DNA of 64,000 bases, taken from positions 332 to 64,331 of IMG/VR virus record IMGVR_UViG_3300028809_000013. One strand, 5' to 3'. This stretch comes from a virus. Lineage: Duplodnaviria; Caudoviricetes. The notes under the pieces were generated by a model. The model was not told where the DNA came from and did not search any database. It saw only the letters and a program-made list of their open reading frames with translations. Below are positions 8,567-18,017 of this stretch, piece by piece; within the stretch, counting starts at the first letter, position 1; every line of letters starts with the position of its first letter. The position numbers and the translations under genes are program-made.

Positions 8567-10651
8567 TTAGTTGTCAATCGCGGCTAGGGCGCCCGCCTCT
8601 TCCATCTCGATCTCGCTGGCAAGCTCCGTGGCGTCGGGCAGCACACCGGAGGGACCGGGGCGCGACAGAGCGCGTTCCGTGGCAAGCTCCGCCTCTTCGG
8701 GTGTCGGTAGCGCGGACTCCCCGCTGAAGTTGCCGGCCTTGCGCTGGGCGGAAAAATATCTGCGCACGCCGCTGATGGCTTCCTCCATGAACGCGCGCTG
8801 TTCGTTGCGGATCATCCGCTCCACGTCGCGGGGGGTAGAGCCGGGGATGTTCCGTGCCTGCCAGCGCCGCGCCTCCGCGATGGACTGGTACTCGTCGCTC
8901 GTCACTACGTCCGCGAGCACGCCGCGCAGCATGGTGCCGAACGACTCACGGCGCCGATAGAACTCCTCCCGGTCCTCGCCGGGGTTGGGACGCAGGCGGG
9001 TGATCCCCACCTCCAGCCGCTCCAGCTCCCGGCGCACCTCGTCCTGCGTGCTGCGGTCCAGCTTGGAGTTGAACGGATCGAGGAAGTTGCCGGCGAAGCT
9101 GTCCTCCTTGGGCACCTTGTCGCCCAACGCGTCACGCCGCACGGGAAGGCCCCGTGACGCATAGGGGATGCGCGCCTGGATCGCGTCAGGCACGCGGCCT
9201 TGCAAGATCGAGCCCAGCCTGTCGCCGTCTCGCGTCTCCCGCACCACCGGGTCTACCATCGTTGCCCAGCGCGCGATTACCGGGGGGATGAAGCTGGCGG
9301 CCATGCGCTCCACCCACTTGGCCCCACCGCCGGCCGGATCGCGCCGCAGCTCCTCAATCTGCCGCGCCCCCGTAAACGCAGGCTGGTCCGCCATCGTGTT
9401 GAAGATGCCGCCCACAAGGCCGCCCACAAGGCCGCCGATGTTCTCCCCGCCCTCTCCCCGTGCCACGGCAGCCGCCTCCTGCGCTTCCTGCTCCGTGCCG
9501 CCCTGCGCCCGTGTGGCGAGATAAGCGTCACGCTGCGCGTTCTCCTTGGCCTGCGCCGCCTGCTGGGCGTAGGCGCCCACGACGAGCAACGGACCGAAGG
9601 GTGCCATCTTCTTCACGCTCCACCAGCGGTTGCCGATGCGGACGGAGTAGTCTTGCTTCCCGGTCGCCTCCCACCTCCCCGCCTCGCCCTGATCGGTGCC
9701 GGGGTAGCCCAGCGACACCATCCCGCGCTCCGACAGCCACCAACCCACCATCAGCGCGCCGATGCCGGCAGAGCCGCGGCCCATCTGGTCCACGGCGTAA
9801 CGTTGGAGATCGGCGGCTTCGCTCACGTCTCCGTTGGTCGCCGCACGGAAGGCGCGGCGCAGGTTGGCGTAGCCCATCGCCAGACCGGCGCCGCCGTACT
9901 CTACCACCCGATGCGCGGCGTTGGATGGAACGCGGGTGAAGGGGAGCACAACGTCCGCCGCCAGCTCACCCACCGGGTTGTTCTGGCTCACCGCGCGCTT
10001 GGCCCCCGTGAGCAGCCGGGCCATGGGTGTGTTGTCCGCGAAGGTCGCCACCTCGGCGTCATGGAAGGCGCGCATCACGTTTTCGTCCGGCATCCGGGGC
10101 AGGGTGCGGATGACGAAGTCCTCCAGCTCCACGCCAGACAACCCCTCCCGTACGCCCAGTAGCCGCGCCTGCTCCCGCAACGACCGCTCAAAGGCCAGCC
10201 GCTTGAAGGGACGATCGGTCGCCTGCGTGAGCCGGAACACCGTCTTGGTGATGGCGTTCAACAGGGGCGTATCGTACTGCGTCTCCCCCTGATACATGTC
10301 CAGCGCGCGGTTGCCCTGGAATGTGTCGATCCCCTGCATGGCGAGTTTCACGTCCCGCGGCGTCTTCTGCACCGCCTCCCACGACGCGCGCCCAAGGTCG
10401 CTGCTGTCGAACATCCGCGTACGGATGCCCGTACGCCGCGCCGCCAGTCGGTCGATGCCGGAGGCGATGGGGTGTTTGGCGATCTCCGCTCCCGCCATGA
10501 TGGAGTTGGACACCACGTCCGCCAGCCGGGACGCCGGGTTCGCGAGGAGCATCGACTTCCACAGGGTAGTGACCTTGCGGACGTTGGTGCTTCTCTCCAG
10601 CCCGGAGACGTAGTTAGCCATCTCCAGCGTGCAGTTCGTTGCCTGCGCCAT
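8567..10651 (-). CDS. Large virion/ejection protein (resembles the C-terminal part of polyvalent proteins)
   Basis: 694 aa helical protein; PFTRVP.N and DYSVRIG..W.S motifs seen in large phage ejection proteins; position after the ejection genes. Confidence 0.7.
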   Translation of the reverse strand: MAQATNCTLEMANYVSGLERSTNVRKVTTLWKSMLLANPASRLADVVSNSIMAGAEIAKHPIASGIDRLAARRTGIRTRMFDSSDLGRASWEAVQKTPRDVKLAMQGIDTFQGNRALDMYQGETQYDTPLLNAITKTVFRLTQATDRPFKRLAFERSLREQARLLGVREGLSGVELEDFVIRTLPRMPDENVMRAFHDAEVATFADNTPMARLLTGAKRAVSQNNPVGELAADVVLPFTRVPSNAAHRVVEYGGAGLAMGYANLRRAFRAATNGDVSEAADLQRYAVDQMGRGSAGIGALMVGWWLSERGMVSLGYPGTDQGEAGRWEATGKQDYSVRIGNRWWSVKKMAPFGPLLVVGAYAQQAAQAKENAQRDAYLATRAQGGTEQEAQEAAAVARGEGGENIGGLVGGLVGGIFNTMADQPAFTGARQIEELRRDPAGGGAKWVERMAASFIPPVIARWATMVDPVVRETRDGDRLGSILQGRVPDAIQARIPYASRGLPVRRDALGDKVPKEDSFAGNFLDPFNSKLDRSTQDEVRRELERLEVGITRLRPNPGEDREEFYRRRESFGTMLRGVLADVVTSDEYQSIAEARRWQARNIPGSTPRDVERMIRNEQRAFMEEAISGVRRYFSAQRKAGNFSGESALPTPEEAELATERALSRPGPSGVLPDATELASEIEMEEAGALAAIDN

Positions 10652-10679
10652 TGCGTTACGCTAAGGAAGAAGTTATCTT
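10651..10679 (+). promoter_or_regulatory. Sigma70-like promoter for the tRNA-like RNA
   Basis: TTGCGT-N17-TATCTT. Confidence 0.55.
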
Positions 10680-10696
10680 GCTGGTGTCGGAGACAA

Positions 10697-10768
10697 AGCC
10701 CTTCAGTGGTTGCCGAGCCGGGGCCGTGAAGACCCGTGCACGGGCGGGTTCGATTCCCGCAGGGGCTA
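10697..10768 (+). ncRNA. tRNA-like RNA (non-canonical)
   Basis: 7-bp acceptor stem AGCCCTT/AGGGGCT, perfect T-arm GCGGG-TTCGATT-CCCGC, tRNA-like length; D and anticodon arms poor; no encoded CCA. Confidence 0.55.
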
Positions 10769-13700
10769 TCCGCAAGACTCGATGATCTCACGGATGCGGG
10801 CGCCGTGGACCGCTTCCTGAAACTCCAGCCCGCGAGCCTTCAGGGCCGCCGCCGCGCGCTCTCGCCACACCACCGGGTCCATCGTCTGGTTCGCCAGAAT
10901 CTTCAGCGCGTTGAGGTTGCGGCCGGCGTCGGAGCGCTCACGGATGAAGCGGGACAGCAGCAGCGTGTTCTGCGCCTCAGCCTGTTCGATCCCCTGCCGG
11001 AGCAACTGCCGCTCCAACGACGCCTCCGCCGTCTCCAGACCGTCCATCTGCGCCAGCCGCAGCGAGGACCGTTCGATCCCCTCCACGTTCTCGCGCACCT
11101 GATTCCGCACGGCCAGCAGTTCCGCCGCCGTCAGGCCGCGGGTTGACTTGGCGAGCGCGGACACGTCCGTGGGCTGCATCCCCAGCTCGCGCGCCACCTG
11201 CTTCGTCTCCTCCCACGTAACACGCTGCTTGGGGTCCAGTCCTTCCGCCTCCACGATGCGGCGCACGTGGTCCGCCAACCGCCGCTCCCCGGTCGGGTCC
11301 AGCCCGAAGGAAGACAGGTTGGCGTAGCGGCCGGCGTCCAGCACCGGGTTGGCACGGGAAGGTAGGGGATCAAATCCCTCCAGCTCCAGCCCGCCAATGA
11401 GCCGCGAGTACACCCGCTCCACGCCGGGGGTGGCATCGTCGGCAGCGGCCTCCAGTTCATCAATGATGCGACGGCGTACATGCTCGTTCCCGGCCCGGTA
11501 GGCGTCGGTGATGGCGGACTGCTCCGGCGCGGTGAGCGTGCGTGTCACGCGCTGGCGTACGGGCTTCAACGGCCCCTCCGCCAGCAGCGCCACGTCCCGG
11601 TCCGCGATCTGCTGCGGCGTCAGGGTGCGGCGGGCGGCACGCTCTCCCACCTCGCCACGCATGGCGGCGGCCACGTCGGGCACCAGCCGTTCGTAGCGCT
11701 TGGCCAGTTGCTCCAGTTGTCCATCCGTGAACTGCGACAGCGCCACCCGCGCAGTGCCGCGGCGGATTGCGTTGCGCATCTTGCGGCCAGACGTGCGCAG
11801 ATAGCCCACTCTCACCCCCAGCGCACCGGCAGACCCCGCCAGCGCCCCGTAGAGGGGATGATCCGGCTCCATCGCCAACCCCAGCCCCGCACCGGCCGCC
11901 GCCTGCCCGGCCTGCGTCTTCAGCGCATCCAGGATGGGGCCGGGGAAGCTGTAGAGCGCCTGCCCCTGACGTTGCACCGTCTCCCGGAGCGCGGGAGTGA
12001 TGCGGATGGACAGGTTAGTGCCGCCTGCCCCCTCGTCCAGAACGCGCTGCACGGGGTTAGAGCCCAGCAGGTATTCCATCTCCGTGCGAAACCCGTCAGA
12101 CCCCGTTTCCATTAGGTGCACAAGTGCGTGCGCGCGCTGTTGCGGGTTGGCGGTGGCGTTCATCACGTGCAGGATGTCCGCGCGATAGTAGGGCTCCGCT
12201 CGCTCCGCCATATCGCGCATGACGTTATCGGTCAACTCCGGACCCACCCACTCCGTCCGGTACATCTCGTTTTCCATCCCCGGCAGACGGATGGGTTCCA
12301 CCTCCACGCCGAGCTTCTTCCCGTACTTGGCGAGCCAGCGAGGGATGATCTTGTCGTAGAACTCACGCATCCCCTCCAGATTCTTCGGGTCGTTGGACAC
12401 CACCTTCCAAATCTGGTCGCCGGTGCTCCACGCTACACGGTCGTAGCCACCTTCCACCGCCTCATCTACGGCGCGCTTCAGGGTGAGGCCCAGCCACTCG
12501 TCCGTGTTCTTGAACGGGGCGTTGGGGACACCTCGCGTCTCGACTTCACGAATGGCGGCGCTTTCCGCCGCCTCACGAGTCCAATAAGCGGAAATCTCAC
12601 TACCGTCTGGAGCCAATACTGACCATTGGCTCCCGTTCTGTTCAACCTTGTAGGGTTGGTTTGTATAGCCATGCTCCCGCCCCGTCTGATGCCAGTCGCT
12701 CTGTGCCTCCTGCATGAAAAGCACACGCTCACCATCGGGCAGGGTGCGATCGTCCAAGCGGATGTGGGCCATCGTGTTGGGCTCATCCCAATGCGGACCG
12801 CGATAGATAGAGTTGCCCCGCTCCGCGTTGAACTTGTCCAGTGCCTCCCGTAGTGCCGCCTCGCGATTCTGGTTCGCACTCAGGCGACGACCGTTGGCGT
12901 CACGCACGGACCACAGGCTACCATCCTGCTCCATTCGCCAGTCGTCGGGGGCGGAGCGCAGGCGGTCGTTGTCCAGCGTCAGCAGCACTTCGCGGTACGT
13001 CCCCGGCTCACCTCCGGCGACTTGGTAGCCCGCGTAGCGGCCCTTGGTAGCTTCCTGCGCTTCTCGTAGAACTTCGTCGTGCCGCTGGATTACCGACTCT
13101 GCGCCTTTGAACTCATCCATCAATCGGTATATCGCGCTGCGCTCCTGGACAGGCACGTCGCGAAAGTGCGCGCTGGCGTCGATGGCAGCGCTACCCCATT
13201 GCCGGATTTCGCTGATGGCGCTGGCTTCCGCCCACGGCTCGATGGAGGTAGCACGCAATGCGGCAAGCAACTGCTGCTCGATCCCCTTGCTCGCCTCCAC
13301 CGCTACCGAATAGGAGTCATGCAGTTCTTTCAGGCGAGCCCTATTCCCTCGCGTTGCGCCGTAGCCTACCTCGCCCACCCGTACGCGGTTCTGCGCAAGA
13401 TACTGCCCCAACTCCGCGCGCGTGACCTTTTGGTTGCCGCGCTCGCGGAGCCATGCGTCTACGCCGGTCCACTCGCGCTCCCCCTTCGCGATGCCGGCCG
13501 GATGGCCATCCAGGTAGCGGAGCCACTGCGAGGCGGGCGCGGCGTTCTGGCCGCTCCGCACCGCGTTCTCCAGCCGCGAGTAAAAGCGTGGGGCGCCAGC
13601 ACTGGTGCGCAGGGTGGAGATGTCCCCCACGGCACCGATCCGGTTGCCGGCGTGCCGTGCCACGCTGCGTGCAATCGCAGGCCCCGCCGCTCCCACGCCA

Positions 13701-16700
13701 GCGCCGATTGCAGCGCCACGCAGGGGGTCTTCGCGGTCGATGGCCGCCCCTGCCAGCGCCCCGGCTCCGGTGCGAGCTACAGCGCCGAGCAGGCGAGGGT
13801 CGGCGGCGCCTGCGATATCGGGATTGCGGGGATCGAAATTCCCACTGTTGCCAATAGCAGATTTGATCTGTTCCGGATGGAGGGGGATATAAACATCTCC
13901 TTCATCACCGGTGTTGCGGATAACTACACCATCGTAGTTCCCGCTCCTAATGGCATCCCGGAAAGGTTTGCCCTCTGGCCCAAATTGGTATTCGCCCGCG
14001 TAATTGCCCTTGGCATCGATGACGTACGGCTTTTGGATGGACAGGTACACAGGATACACTGAAGGGCCATGTCCTCCCCTTGAATTCACACCCTGCGCAA
14101 ATTGGTTGGCTACATCCTTCGAGGAGGAAAAGAAGCCGGCGATATCTACGTCGGGCTCATCCCCATTGTATGCAGGGAACCCCCCGAATTCGCGGCGATT
14201 GATAGAAGACATGGGCTCTTGACGCTGATCCGGCGGCCACATCCCCTTATAAACCACCAACGGTTCTCCGCTATCGTCCACAATCTTGCTGTTGCCGAAC
14301 CATCGGTTGAACTGAGGCGTACGCGTTTGTGGCTCGCCCTGACTGGGCGCGGAGGCGTTGCGCGACGTTTCAAAATCACCCGCGGCGCCGGTCGAGGCGG
14401 TGGACGCCGGGTGAATAAACTCCGCAGGGATTTCCCCTTCGACGTACGGATATCCCTCTGCATTCACTCCGCCGAAAAGCCCGCTGTTTTCGGGAATCTC
14501 CACGCGCAGCAGTTGTCCGCCGTACTCCTTCTGGAAGTCGGCGGCCTCTGGGAGATTGTCGTGTAGTGCGATGCGGGTTCCGTCCTCATACCCTCCATCC
14601 GCGAAGTCGAAATCCCACTTCCATTCGGGCTCAACCCCCTGTTCGCGCAACCTGAAGAACGACTTCAGAGGGTCACCAGCTCGGTACCCCTCCGGGGCTA
14701 CGTGATAGTAAACGCCCGGATTCTCGGTCGGGTCGGAGCCTCGACGCTTCCCCGTCCAGATGGGGACGGGGGGCTCCTGCCCCTCCAGCCGAGACAAGTC
14801 GCCCACCGCCCCGTACTGGTTCTGAAGCGGGCGCACAGCGACACGGCCGGCGTCCATCAGTGCCTCGGTATCCGGCAGGCGCAGCGGGTCCACCTGCCGA
14901 TCCGGCCCCAGCGCCAGCGGGAACCCGGTGCGGTTGCGCTGCGTGGTCGCCGGAGTCGCTGTCGCCATCTCGTCCGGATTCGTACGGACGAATCCGGCTT
15001 CGGTACGTGGGCGGCTTCGCAGGTCCTCCGCCAGCTCCATCCCGGCACGCCTGCGCGCGGCAAAATTCGCGTCCGCGTTGATGGCACCGCGCATGGACGC
15101 GGCACCGAGGCCAGCCCCGGCCAGCGCCCCCAGCGCCGCGCCGCGAGCAGGATTCTCCGGGTCTAGCGTTCCACCTGCCGCGCCGCCGACAACCGCCCCA
15201 GTTCCGGTGCGGGCGACGAGGTTCAACAGGTCAGGCGTGGCGGCGCCGGTGATGTTCGGATTGCTGGGGTCGAACGCGCCACTGTTACCGGTGGCGGATT
15301 TGATTTGCGTAGGATGGAAGGCGATAAACGAATTTGCAAATCCTTCGGCTTCATTTTTGTAGATTATGCCATCGTAGCCGTGTCGCTCCAGCAGATCGCG
15401 GACGGGTCGCGACCATTCATAGTGAGCCCTTCGTTGAAGAACCTGATCGTCATCCTGTTCCAGATTTTTGCGCAGTCGCTTCCCGAGTATGTCAATTTGC
15501 CTTTGCGCTTCAACGACTTCGGCGGTTGGTAGTTTTGCGCGTACCTGAGCTGTGCCAAGTACACGCGATGGCGTCCATACTCCCATATCCGGCATCTGCA
15601 GGGGATTGCGAATGCTGAGGAATACGGGCATTTCTTTGCCCATCATTTCAGCAGCAGCAGCGTCTCCAAAGTGAAACCCAAACTCTCCTGCTTCAAAAGT
15701 GTCAAAATCCTCTACGGTGCCATGATACACCACCAGCGGCTGTCCCTGCTTGTCTCGCACCTTGCTGTCCCCGAACCAGCGCCGAAATTCCGGCGTGTCC
15801 GTCTGCGCCAGCCTGTCGATGCCTGCGCGGTCGCCTACTGCCCCTACCCGGTTGCCCAGCAAGCGCTGGGCGGGAGACACGGCGTCCGGCATCGCGGAGA
15901 TGACGGAGCCGTCTTCCATGCGCACGCGCACGCGGCCGAAGGTGTTGCCTGCCACGGTGCCGCTTACGGGGCCACCCTCCGTCTGCACTACCACGGGCTT
16001 GCCCACGTAGTTGCTTGCTTCCCGGCGGGCCTCGGCCGCGCGCTCCCGGTCGGTAAGTTGCCCGGTTTCGCGACGACGTTCGGCGGCGCGCTGCATCCCC
16101 AGCGCCTTCAGACGCTTGTCGGCATCCTCACGGGAGAGCGTGCCAGCGCGCACCTGACCGTTGATCGACGCACGGCGGGCGCGGTACGCGTCCTCTGCCG
16201 CTTGGTCGATCTGCCCGGCAGGCGCGGGTGCCACGTCGGGGACGGGTGCCGCTGCGGTTGTGGCGGGCGATTCGCTCCGCGCTACTGGTGCCACGTCAGG
16301 CGCGACGGGGGCGCTTTCCGGAAGCGCACGCACCCACGCGTCGAGATCGACTTCATTACCGGCGTTGGATAGAGACGCCGCGCTTTCTTCGGGCTCTGGC
16401 AAGCCGCGCGCTTTCCTCCATGCACGGTATTGAAGCTCTGCCACACCGCCCGGCTCATATGCCGGTGAATTTCTGTAACTTTGCCACTGCTCTTCCATCC
16501 GTGCACGCCTCGCTGCCTCAAAGCGAGCGCCATACAGCGGGTCTACCTCACGTATCGCGTCCGCCTCGCCCTTGCGACTACCGGAAAGGGACGCGGCTTC
16601 GGCCCTGGATAGCCAGCGGCCAGATGTCGAGGTAAACCCCGCCTCAATGCCCAAGGATGGATCGGGCATTCCTCCTGCGTGTTCATAGGCATCAATCACC

Positions 16701-18013
16701 GATTCATCAACTCCATCATCCAGCATCGCATTAAGGGCCATCCCATGATTCTCGCCTTCGTATACCTTGCCGCCATAACGGATACTGGCGGCACGCACCC
16801 GCTCTCCGCTGCCCGCCGGCGCACGACGCCTCGCCGCGTCTGTCTCCAGTTGACGCAGCCACGTAGGCACCACCTCAGCGCCTTCCTGCGGCCTGTCGAT
16901 GTTCAGATCGGGCGCAAGAAGCCCGCTTTCCCGGCCGGGGCGCGGGCGCACGATCTCGTCCATCCGGTCCGCCGCTACGTCCGCCGTGCCCTCTCCGCGC
17001 CGGACACGCCGCGACGACGGACGGACGAAGAGCTCTTCCGATGCAGTCATGCGGCCACCGCCGGGGCGCAGCAAGCCACCCGCGACACCGCCGGCCAGCG
17101 CGCCGATGGCGAGGTTGGCGCCGCGGCTCTCTCCGTCCTCGTAGTCGTACGCCAGATCGTACGGCAGGCCCTCCGCCACGCCGCGGGCCACGTCCCCTAG
17201 CCGAGTACGTGCGCCGGTGGTCCCGAAGCTCTCCAGCGCCGCACGCATGGCCGTGCCCTCCGGGGCGATCCGCGCGCTGCGGGCCAGCAGGGCGTTTTGC
17301 GCGCCGATGGGCACGGAGGCGCCGAGGATGGCCCCTGCGATACCGGAGGCGCGATCCCCACCCGTTGCAGCCTCCCGGCGGAGCGTTTCGCGTTCACGGA
17401 AATCCTCCGCCGTGGAAACCGGAGACAGCGCCCCCAGCAATTCGTCGCGATACCCCAGCGTGAGCGTCTGCGCGCCGCCAGCCCCGGCGTAGTCCAGCGC
17501 CCGGACCACGGCAGGGCGCTCCTGGAGACGGCGCCGCTCGCGGCTGCGCTCCTCGTCCAGCGCCCGCTGCGTGCGGTTGCGGGTGTCCGGGCCGATGGTC
17601 CCCGTGCGGGAGGGATCGGGGCGGCCCGGAACGCGGGATGGGCGGCGACTCTGCGGCGTACTGGCGGCGTCGGCGGCTACAGGCTGCGCCGTCTCGGACG
17701 CGTCCCGTAGCGCGGCGTAAGGATCGAAGTAGCGGCGCGGAAAGTTGGCAGGAGGAGCCTGCACGCCCGCGGCGCGGAGGGCGGCGCCCTGACGCATGAG
17801 CGGGCTGGAGCCAACGTCCGTGCCGGCGGGCAGGTCTTGGGCCGGTTCCGGCGTGAACGTGTCCTGTAGCCACTGGCGTACGCCGCGCCGCCGCCTGCGC
17901 CTGCGGGGAGGCGTAGTGGCGGTGTCAGGTTGCGGCTGGTTGGCGCCGGCCCGCTCTGCGTCGGCCCGCAGCGAGTCCAGCCAGCCAGTTACCTCGTCCT
18001 CACGCTTCGACAT
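10766..18013 (-). CDS. Giant polyvalent virion/ejection protein with two ADP-ribosyltransferase-like domains
   Basis: 2415 aa; two copies of TP.F.RWFG.SK..D..G.PLVVY(H/K)G...PV.LSI..P...YDG....N...HP.QIKSA.GNSG.FDP.NP.I; also FYSRLE and HW....AHIR..DR...LFMQEAQSDWHQ modules. Confidence 0.8.
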   Translation of the reverse strand: MSKREDEVTGWLDSLRADAERAGANQPQPDTATTPPRRRRRRRGVRQWLQDTFTPEPAQDLPAGTDVGSSPLMRQGAALRAAGVQAPPANFPRRYFDPYAALRDASETAQPVAADAASTPQSRRPSRVPGRPDPSRTGTIGPDTRNRTQRALDEERSRERRRLQERPAVVRALDYAGAGGAQTLTLGYRDELLGALSPVSTAEDFRERETLRREAATGGDRASGIAGAILGASVPIGAQNALLARSARIAPEGTAMRAALESFGTTGARTRLGDVARGVAEGLPYDLAYDYEDGESRGANLAIGALAGGVAGGLLRPGGGRMTASEELFVRPSSRRVRRGEGTADVAADRMDEIVRPRPGRESGLLAPDLNIDRPQEGAEVVPTWLRQLETDAARRRAPAGSGERVRAASIRYGGKVYEGENHGMALNAMLDDGVDESVIDAYEHAGGMPDPSLGIEAGFTSTSGRWLSRAEAASLSGSRKGEADAIREVDPLYGARFEAARRARMEEQWQSYRNSPAYEPGGVAELQYRAWRKARGLPEPEESAASLSNAGNEVDLDAWVRALPESAPVAPDVAPVARSESPATTAAAPVPDVAPAPAGQIDQAAEDAYRARRASINGQVRAGTLSREDADKRLKALGMQRAAERRRETGQLTDRERAAEARREASNYVGKPVVVQTEGGPVSGTVAGNTFGRVRVRMEDGSVISAMPDAVSPAQRLLGNRVGAVGDRAGIDRLAQTDTPEFRRWFGDSKVRDKQGQPLVVYHGTVEDFDTFEAGEFGFHFGDAAAAEMMGKEMPVFLSIRNPLQMPDMGVWTPSRVLGTAQVRAKLPTAEVVEAQRQIDILGKRLRKNLEQDDDQVLQRRAHYEWSRPVRDLLERHGYDGIIYKNEAEGFANSFIAFHPTQIKSATGNSGAFDPSNPNITGAATPDLLNLVARTGTGAVVGGAAGGTLDPENPARGAALGALAGAGLGAASMRGAINADANFAARRRAGMELAEDLRSRPRTEAGFVRTNPDEMATATPATTQRNRTGFPLALGPDRQVDPLRLPDTEALMDAGRVAVRPLQNQYGAVGDLSRLEGQEPPVPIWTGKRRGSDPTENPGVYYHVAPEGYRAGDPLKSFFRLREQGVEPEWKWDFDFADGGYEDGTRIALHDNLPEAADFQKEYGGQLLRVEIPENSGLFGGVNAEGYPYVEGEIPAEFIHPASTASTGAAGDFETSRNASAPSQGEPQTRTPQFNRWFGNSKIVDDSGEPLVVYKGMWPPDQRQEPMSSINRREFGGFPAYNGDEPDVDIAGFFSSSKDVANQFAQGVNSRGGHGPSVYPVYLSIQKPYVIDAKGNYAGEYQFGPEGKPFRDAIRSGNYDGVVIRNTGDEGDVYIPLHPEQIKSAIGNSGNFDPRNPDIAGAADPRLLGAVARTGAGALAGAAIDREDPLRGAAIGAGVGAAGPAIARSVARHAGNRIGAVGDISTLRTSAGAPRFYSRLENAVRSGQNAAPASQWLRYLDGHPAGIAKGEREWTGVDAWLRERGNQKVTRAELGQYLAQNRVRVGEVGYGATRGNRARLKELHDSYSVAVEASKGIEQQLLAALRATSIEPWAEASAISEIRQWGSAAIDASAHFRDVPVQERSAIYRLMDEFKGAESVIQRHDEVLREAQEATKGRYAGYQVAGGEPGTYREVLLTLDNDRLRSAPDDWRMEQDGSLWSVRDANGRRLSANQNREAALREALDKFNAERGNSIYRGPHWDEPNTMAHIRLDDRTLPDGERVLFMQEAQSDWHQTGREHGYTNQPYKVEQNGSQWSVLAPDGSEISAYWTREAAESAAIREVETRGVPNAPFKNTDEWLGLTLKRAVDEAVEGGYDRVAWSTGDQIWKVVSNDPKNLEGMREFYDKIIPRWLAKYGKKLGVEVEPIRLPGMENEMYRTEWVGPELTDNVMRDMAERAEPYYRADILHVMNATANPQQRAHALVHLMETGSDGFRTEMEYLLGSNPVQRVLDEGAGGTNLSIRITPALRETVQRQGQALYSFPGPILDALKTQAGQAAAGAGLGLAMEPDHPLYGALAGSAGALGVRVGYLRTSGRKMRNAIRRGTARVALSQFTDGQLEQLAKRYERLVPDVAAAMRGEVGERAARRTLTPQQIADRDVALLAEGPLKPVRQRVTRTLTAPEQSAITDAYRAGNEHVRRRIIDELEAAADDATPGVERVYSRLIGGLELEGFDPLPSRANPVLDAGRYANLSSFGLDPTGERRLADHVRRIVEAEGLDPKQRVTWEETKQVARELGMQPTDVSALAKSTRGLTAAELLAVRNQVRENVEGIERSSLRLAQMDGLETAEASLERQLLRQGIEQAEAQNTLLLSRFIRERSDAGRNLNALKILANQTMDPVVWRERAAAALKARGLEFQEAVHGARIREIIESCG

Positions 18014-18017
18014 TCAA

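Noticed and set aside
10697-10768. Canonical tRNA or attP site
   Set aside because: No proper anticodon stem, U33 or CCA, and no integrase in the window. Kept only as tRNA-like.
10630-10775. Split intein at the ...ES-CG* / MAQATN-CT junction
   Set aside because: The Cys and Asn-Cys residues are suggestive, but no HINT-domain sequence is present.
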